Below, one piece after another: positions 15,409 to 20,710 of a DNA stretch of 20,710 nucleotides (its first letter is position 1; the number at the start of each line of letters is the position of its first letter). Position numbers and translations under genes: made by a program. The stretch is from an uncultured bacterium. GTDB taxonomy: Bacteria > UBP14 > UBA6098 > B30-G16. The stretch is from NCBI GenBank assembly GCA_965552135.1, contig CBEVQY010000038.1, positions 1 through 20,710 on the forward strand, written 5' to 3'. The notes under the pieces were generated by a model. That model was not told the origin of the DNA and ran no database searches. It saw nothing but the letters and a program-made list of their open reading frames with translations.

Positions 15409-16044
15409 ATGAGGGAGCTTCTCTCAAAGCTTCGTCGCAACCTTTGGCGCTACCTTTGGACGGGAGCGGTCGTCAGCGCACCGGCAGCCGTAACGCTGCT
15501 TGTGTTCTGGATCATATTCGTCAAGCTCGACGGGATACTCGGCGGCTTCTTTCAGCTCATCCTCGGCTACAGGATCCCAGGGATAGGCTTTATCACGCTC
15601 GTTTTTTTGATAATGCTTGTGGGCGCGCTGACGAGGTCGTACCTGGGGAGCAAGCTCATAACCTGGACCGACGCCGTCTTCACCAAGCTCCCTATCGCAA
15701 AGTCCGTCTACCTCACCGTAAAGCAATTCCAGGAGCTTCTGCAGATACGGAAGCGAATCGTCTTCCACAAGGTCGTTTTGCTGGAGTATCCCCGCCCCGG
15801 TCTTTGGGCGGTGGGGTTTCTTTCAAGCGTTGCGCCGGTTCAGCTGGGCGAGAAAAGGCTTTTCCCGATCTTCATCCCCACCACGCCGAACCCGACCTCA
15901 GGCTACCTCGTCTTCGCCACCGAGGACCAGTTCACCGTCCTCGACGTCTCGTTCGAGGAGGCGATGAAGCTTGTGATATCGGCGGGGATTATTCCACCAA
16001 GGGACGGTGAGGGTGATGACTCCCTTCGGAGGCTTGGTTCCTGA
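15409..16044 (+). CDS. DUF502 family membrane protein
   Basis: G.....P..VT, IPGIG, P..KSVY..VKQ, VVLLEYPRPG.W.VGF, FIPTTPNPTSGYL and EEAMKLVISAG. Confidence 0.9.
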   Translation: MRELLSKLRRNLWRYLWTGAVVSAPAAVTLLVFWIIFVKLDGILGGFFQLILGYRIPGIGFITLVFLIMLVGALTRSYLGSKLITWTDAVFTKLPIAKSVYLTVKQFQELLQIRKRIVFHKVVLLEYPRPGLWAVGFLSSVAPVQLGEKRLFPIFIPTTPNPTSGYLVFATEDQFTVLDVSFEEAMKLVISAGIIPPRDGEGDDSLRRLGS

Positions 16045-17365
16045 GGCTGCTGTGGCCACCCGCGCGGGCGCGATAGAGGCGCTTTTGGAGATCCTTTCGC
16101 GGCGCGTTCCCTCCGAGCACGCGATAGCCCGCGCAGCTCAGAAGTTTGAGCTTGTTGGGAAGGCCCGCGCCTTTATGGCGCAGATGGTCTTCGGCGTGCT
16201 CAAAAACCTCGCCTACATCGACCACGTACTGCGGGCGCTGCTTTCGGAGGGCAAGTTCCCCTCGGATGTGTGCACCTTTGCCCTGCGCGTTGGCGGCTAT
16301 CAGCTTGGCTTTGGCGGCGTTGCGCCGTATGCCGCCGTCGACACAACGGTGGACGCTCTGCGCCACCTCGGCGGACACCCGAAGGAGCTTGCGCTCGCAA
16401 ACGCCGTCCTCAGGAAGTTCGCAAAGCGCTGGCGCGAAATACCCCTACCCGAAGAGGAAACGAAAAGACTTGCCGTCAAATACTCCCATCCGCTTTGGCT
16501 TGTTCGGCGCTGGGTGAGGCGGTATGGGGCGAGCTTTGCCGAGGCGATGCTTGCAGCAAACAACGCCGACCCGCCCAAGACGTTCAGGGTAAACGCGCTC
16601 CGCGCCAAGCCCGAAAGGCTTTTGGAGAAGCTCAGATCCAAAGGGTACGACCTGCGTCCGTCCGTCTTTCCCGGATATGTGAACCTTGTGGGTGGTCCGC
16701 CGGCGGGGAGATTTGTGCCGTTTGTCGAGGGGCTACTTACGGTTCAGGACGCCGCCTTCGCGATACCCGTGATGCTCCTTCGCCCAAACCGCGGCGAGAC
16801 CATCCTGGACCTCTGCGCCGCACCGGGCGGAAAAACAACGCACATAACGGAGCTTTTGGGCGGCGAGGTCGACGGGCTCTTCGCGCTCGACAACGACGCA
16901 CAGCGCATGGCGATGCTTGTGGACAACATCGTCCGCCTTCGCCACCCGCGACCCAACCTCATCGTGGGCGATGGGATAAAGCCACCCTTCCCGAGGGGCG
17001 TTTTCGACAAGATCCTCGTCGATGCCCCCTGCACCGCACTGGGGGTGATAAGGCGCCATCCCGAGATCCGCTGGCTGCGCACGCCGGCAGACTGCAGGAG
17101 GATGGGGAGAATCCAGCGGATGCTGCTTGGCGCTGCGGAGGCGCTGCTTAAGCCCGGCGGAATCGTTGTGTTCACAACGTGCACCACCGAGCCCGAGGAG
17201 AACGAGGCTGTGGTTCGCTTCGGCGAAAGGCTCGGGTTTTCGGTCGTCCCCGTGGAGGACGAGCTTTTGCGGCGCTTTCTGACCTCCGACGGCTTTGTGC
17301 GAACGTTCCCCCACCGCGATGGTGTGGACGCAAGCTTCTCGGTGGCGCTCCGCAAGGCGCGTTAG
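16007..17365 (+). CDS. rsmB: 16S rRNA m5C967 methyltransferase RsmB (NusB-like domain + methyltransferase)
   Basis: ANAVLR, YSHP.WLV.RW, RVN, VQD, LDLCAAPGGKTTH, DKILVDAPCT..G.IRRHPEI.W and TCT..PEENE. Confidence 0.93.
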   Translation: MRVMTPFGGLVPEAAVATRAGAIEALLEILSRRVPSEHAIARAAQKFELVGKARAFMAQMVFGVLKNLAYIDHVLRALLSEGKFPSDVCTFALRVGGYQLGFGGVAPYAAVDTTVDALRHLGGHPKELALANAVLRKFAKRWREIPLPEEETKRLAVKYSHPLWLVRRWVRRYGASFAEAMLAANNADPPKTFRVNALRAKPERLLEKLRSKGYDLRPSVFPGYVNLVGGPPAGRFVPFVEGLLTVQDAAFAIPVMLLRPNRGETILDLCAAPGGKTTHITELLGGEVDGLFALDNDAQRMAMLVDNIVRLRHPRPNLIVGDGIKPPFPRGVFDKILVDAPCTALGVIRRHPEIRWLRTPADCRRMGRIQRMLLGAAEALLKPGGIVVFTTCTTEPEENEAVVRFGERLGFSVVPVEDELLRRFLTSDGFVRTFPHRDGVDASFSVALRKAR

Positions 17366-18099
17366 AGGTTCCCCGACCAGGCGAGTATCTTCGCCACGGC
17401 GACCACAGCGGCTGTTTCGGCTCGCAGGCGGGCAGGACCCAGGGCGATGGGAACGGCGCCGTACTCGCCAAGCTCCCCCCTCTCCGACGAGGAAAGCCCT
17501 CCCTCGGGACCAACCACAACCAAAAGCTTCGTCCCGGGCTGGAGGGTTCGCTTTGGCGGGGCTGGCACGCCGTCGGGATCGGCGAAGATTATCCAGTCGA
17601 AGTTTTTTGCGTGAACTTGCAGGAGCCTGTGAAGCGGCATAGGCTCGTAGATTTGCGGCAGCCAAGCCCTTTTGGACTGTTTCATCGCCCGCAGCGCGAC
17701 CTTGTGGAGGCGGCGGAAGTCGTTGCTTTCGGCGCTCATCTCCTTGACCGAGAAGTCGGCGAGGAGGGGCGCGAAGCCGCCTATCCCAAGCTGGGTTGCC
17801 CAGTCGAGGGCGGTCTCGAGCCCGCGCGACTTCAGAACACCGACCGCAAGGCATATATCAACAGACGGCTGCGGAACCGGGTCAACCTCCGCAAGGACCG
17901 AGGCGACGACGCCGCCTGGGTGAACCTTCTCGACCCTGCAGCGGAAAAGGTGACCAACCCCGTCTGTGACGAAGAACACGTCGCCCTCTTTCGCCCGCAG
18001 CACGGCGAGCAGGTGGTGCGCCTCGTCGCCTTCGATGAACACTCGCCCGCGCCCGAACGCCCCAGGCGGCGCATAAAAATATGTGGTCTCTATTATCAT
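17362..18099 (-). CDS. rsmE: 16S rRNA m3U1498 methyltransferase RsmE
   Basis: HHL..VLR, ATQLG, AMKQSKR..LP, VGPEGGLS..E and LG...LRAETA. Confidence 0.94.
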   Translation of the reverse strand: MIIETTYFYAPPGAFGRGRVFIEGDEAHHLLAVLRAKEGDVFFVTDGVGHLFRCRVEKVHPGGVVASVLAEVDPVPQPSVDICLAVGVLKSRGLETALDWATQLGIGGFAPLLADFSVKEMSAESNDFRRLHKVALRAMKQSKRAWLPQIYEPMPLHRLLQVHAKNFDWIIFADPDGVPAPPKRTLQPGTKLLVVVGPEGGLSSSERGELGEYGAVPIALGPARLRAETAAVVAVAKILAWSGNL

Positions 18100-18106
18100 C
18101 GGCGGG

Positions 18107-19246
18107 TCAGTCCCTGATGCCGAACTTGTTCACAAGCTTCGTCACTGCGGCGCCGCGGGGCGGCTCGGTTGAAAGAAGCTTTTCCAAAGCCGCCTTCTGC
18201 TCACGGGTGAGCCTCTCGGGAACGACGACTATGATCTGCAGAAGCAGGTCTCCTCTGCGACCCGTGTGTATGTCGGGCAGCCCGCCGCCGCGGATGCGAA
18301 GAAGATCCCCAAACTGCGTTCCGGCGGGAATCTTGACCGTGTACTTCTCGCCCATTATGCCGACGACCTTCGCCGTCCCTCCCAAAGCAGCGGTGGCTAT
18401 GCCAACGGGAAGCTGCATCACGAGGTCGTTACCCCTTCGGGTGAAGAGTTTGTGCGGTTTCTGCCTCACGACGACGTAGAGGTCGCCGGGTCTTCCGCCG
18501 CCCGTGCCGGCGTTGCCCTTGCCGGGTATCCTGAGGACCTGTCCGTCGGCAACGCCCGCAGGGATCTTTACCTTGATGCGCTCCGTCGTCCTTATCCTCC
18601 CCTCGCCGCCGCAGCGCTTGCAGATGCGGGATGGGATCCTCCCCGTTCCGTTGCACGTGGGGCAGGTGACGATGCGCGTGACGGTTCCGAAGAAGGAGCG
18701 CCCCACCTGTCGGAGTTGACCCGAGCCGCCGCACTGAGGGCAGGTTCTGAGTCCCTCGCCCGGAGGGAAGCCTCGACCGCCGCAGTCGGGGCAGGGAACG
18801 TAGTGGGTGAGCCGAATGGTCTTCTCCGTCCCCGTGGCGATCTCCTCCAGGCTCACCTCGACGGTTACGCGAAGGTTCTCGCCGGGATAGCTGTAAACCT
18901 TCTCCCCCCTCGGGTAGCCTCTGACTGTCGTACCGAAGAAGTCGTCGAAGTCGCCGAAGAGCCTCGAGAATATCTCGAATGCGTCGGAGAGGTCGAATCC
19001 TTCGATGAGGTCCTCGTATGTGCCGAAGTCGCCTCTGTCGTAGGCGGCGCGCTTTTTGGGATCGGAGAGGATCTCGTAAGCCTCCGATATCTGCTTGAAC
19101 TTCTCCTCCGCCTCGGGGTCGCCGGGGTTGCGGTCGGGGTGATATTTCATCGCAAGGCGGCGATAGGCGCTTTTTATCTCCTCCAGGCTCGCATCGCGCG
19201 GAACGCCCAGAACCTCGTAGGGATCTATGTTCCTTCTTTCGGGCAT
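18107..19246 (-). CDS. dnaJ: Chaperone DnaJ (class A)
   Basis: J domain with YHPDRN, four CxxCxGxG repeats, and C-terminal IPAG/GDL motifs. Confidence 0.97.
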   Translation of the reverse strand: MPERRNIDPYEVLGVPRDASLEEIKSAYRRLAMKYHPDRNPGDPEAEEKFKQISEAYEILSDPKKRAAYDRGDFGTYEDLIEGFDLSDAFEIFSRLFGDFDDFFGTTVRGYPRGEKVYSYPGENLRVTVEVSLEEIATGTEKTIRLTHYVPCPDCGGRGFPPGEGLRTCPQCGGSGQLRQVGRSFFGTVTRIVTCPTCNGTGRIPSRICKRCGGEGRIRTTERIKVKIPAGVADGQVLRIPGKGNAGTGGGRPGDLYVVVRQKPHKLFTRRGNDLVMQLPVGIATAALGGTAKVVGIMGEKYTVKIPAGTQFGDLLRIRGGGLPDIHTGRRGDLLLQIIVVVPERLTREQKAALEKLLSTEPPRGAAVTKLVNKFGIRD

Positions 19247-19261
19247 CTGCGTTTGTGGGCG

Positions 19262-19810
19262 TCAGCCCTCCTTTTTCTCCTCGAACTTGCCCACCACGAC
19301 TTTGGCGGGTCGGATGAGCTTTCCTGCGCGCTTGTAGGCGGGCTGGACGACGTCGACGACAACACCGTCCTCATCGGGGCTTTCGACCGACGCGGTGCTT
19401 ATAGCTTCGTGCTCGAGCGGATCGAAGCGCTTCCCCTTCGGGTCGTCGACGACGACCCCCTCGAGGCGCAGAAGCTCCTCGATTCTCTGGGCGATAAGCC
19501 TTATCCCCTCCACGAGCGTTTCGGGTTCGCAGCCGCCCTCAGCTGCCGAAAGCGCTCGCCTCACGTCGTCGGCGATGTCGAGAAGGTGACCGGCTATGTT
19601 GTTGCGCTCCTGCTCGAGCATCTCCGACATTATACGCTCCTGCCGCTTGCGGAAGTTCTCAAACTCAGCCAAAACGCGGAGATATTTGTCCTTAAGCTCC
19701 TCGTTCTCGCTGCGGAGTTTCTCGAGCTCGTCGCGAAGCTCAGCGTCGCTGGGGGAAGACTCCTCTGTTTCCTTCGGCTTTTCCTTTTCGTTCGGCTTTT
19801 CGTCGAGCAT
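19262..19810 (-). CDS. grpE: Nucleotide exchange factor GrpE
   Basis: YLRVLAEFENFRKR, FDPLEHEA and Y......IRPAKVVV. GGAGGTG SD. Confidence 0.96.
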   Translation of the reverse strand: MLDEKPNEKEKPKETEESSPSDAELRDELEKLRSENEELKDKYLRVLAEFENFRKRQERIMSEMLEQERNNIAGHLLDIADDVRRALSAAEGGCEPETLVEGIRLIAQRIEELLRLEGVVVDDPKGKRFDPLEHEAISTASVESPDEDGVVVDVVQPAYKRAGKLIRPAKVVVGKFEEKKEG

Positions 19811-19821
19811 AGTTCACCTCC

Positions 19822-20709
19822 TCAGGGCGACCATATTTCAGCCACACGTTGAGCGGCGTACGACACGAGCTCCACAAGCTTTGGGTAGTTCATCCTTGTG
19901 GGTCCGACGACGCCGAGCAGACCGTAACCTGAACCGATGCGGTACCCCGCCACAACGAAGCCGAGCTGCGACGCCGGCGGGGGCGCGATCAGAACCTCAA
20001 CGTCGCTGCCCATGGGCTGCGGAAGGCACTCCAGAAGAAGTCTGCCGCGCTCCGATATCTCCATTATTTGCCTGAGCCGCTCGGGGCTTGAGAACTCGGG
20101 CTTTTCGAGGATGTTCTCGCGACCGAAAATCCCCGTAAAGTCCTCCTCGATCCGGAAGATCTCCTCAGCGGAGCGTATGAGCTTGGTCGTAAACGAGCCG
20201 TAAAGTTTTTCGAGGTCGGCGAGGCGCTCGGTTATCGTTTGCTTTATCTCCGAGAACTTAAGCCCCGCCAGGCGCTGGTTCAAAAGCTCTCCGAGCATCT
20301 CGATGCGCCGCGGAACCATATCGGGGATCTCCATAACCATCGATCGCGTAAGCCCCGACCTCGTGACCAGAACCATAACGACCCGCTCGGATGAGACCGG
20401 GATAAGCTCGATCCTGTGGAGCACGAGCTCCTCGCCCACCGGCGCCACAATAAGACTGAGCTCGTTCGAAAGCGCCGCAAGGATCTTGCCGAGGTCCTCC
20501 AGAAGCTGAAGTATGTCGGTGAAATCGCCCAGGAAAACGCGCTCTATCGTCTCACGCTCCTTTTTGGAGAGCTTTTTGGGCTTCATCATATTGGCGATGT
20601 AGTACCGCAGGGCAGCGGCGGTGGGGACCCTGCCGGCAGAGGTGTGCGGCTGTCGCACAAAGCCCATGTCCTCGAGGTCCTGCATGATGTTCCGGACCGT
20701 TGCGGGGGA
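19822..20709 (-). CDS. hrcA: Heat-inducible transcription repressor HrcA (5' end outside the window)
   Basis: SPATVRNIMQDLEDMG...QPHTSAGRVPT and C-terminal LGVVGPTRMNY. The frame is open to the window edge. Confidence 0.95.
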   Translation of the reverse strand, partial: SPATVRNIMQDLEDMGFVRQPHTSAGRVPTAAALRYYIANMMKPKKLSKKERETIERVFLGDFTDILQLLEDLGKILAALSNELSLIVAPVGEELVLHRIELIPVSSERVVMVLVTRSGLTRSMVMEIPDMVPRRIEMLGELLNQRLAGLKFSEIKQTITERLADLEKLYGSFTTKLIRSAEEIFRIEEDFTGIFGRENILEKPEFSSPERLRQIMEISERGRLLLECLPQPMGSDVEVLIAPPPASQLGFVVAGYRIGSGYGLLGVVGPTRMNYPKLVELVSYAAQRVAEIWSP

Positions 20710-20710
20710 G

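Noticed and set aside
18266..19852. 528-aa plus-strand ORF and similar long antisense ORFs (2071-3111, 4285-5229, 5024-6097, 5922-6920, 14426-15427)
   Set aside because: They lie opposite well-supported genes, as expected from GC-rich codon bias.

Overview
Gene-dense window, roughly 60% GC by eye, from a diderm bacterium. A TonB-dependent receptor and a 'YPNPFN' C-terminal sorting domain suggest an FCB-group or related lineage (inference). Most genes are housekeeping: queH, a GlmM/PMM-type mutase, accD, initiator tRNA-Met, era, suhB, a DUF374 acyltransferase, a pgsA-like gene, a KtrA/TrkA subunit, an HD protein, DUF502, rsmB, rsmE and hrcA-grpE-dnaJ without dnaK. Two non-routine modules stand out. 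(1) 7540-8901 is an integrase-free, phage-switch-like island. It holds an apparently leaderless XRE repressor and a near-consensus leftward promoter carrying palindromic operators. That promoter fires antisense through a small Sm/Hfq-like gene with an 'RIGF' tail, towards two small basic genes, one of them Mor-like. (2) 10067-13466 is a nikR - TonB-dependent receptor - SAM methyltransferase - solitary ECF S-component operon with a visible 6-16-6 NikR-type operator. Also seen: a secreted Trp-rich ~38-aa repeat protein with vicinal Cys pairs, several probable leaderless genes, and strong GGCC depletion. All calls come from reading the sequence and recognising motifs; no database searches were run.
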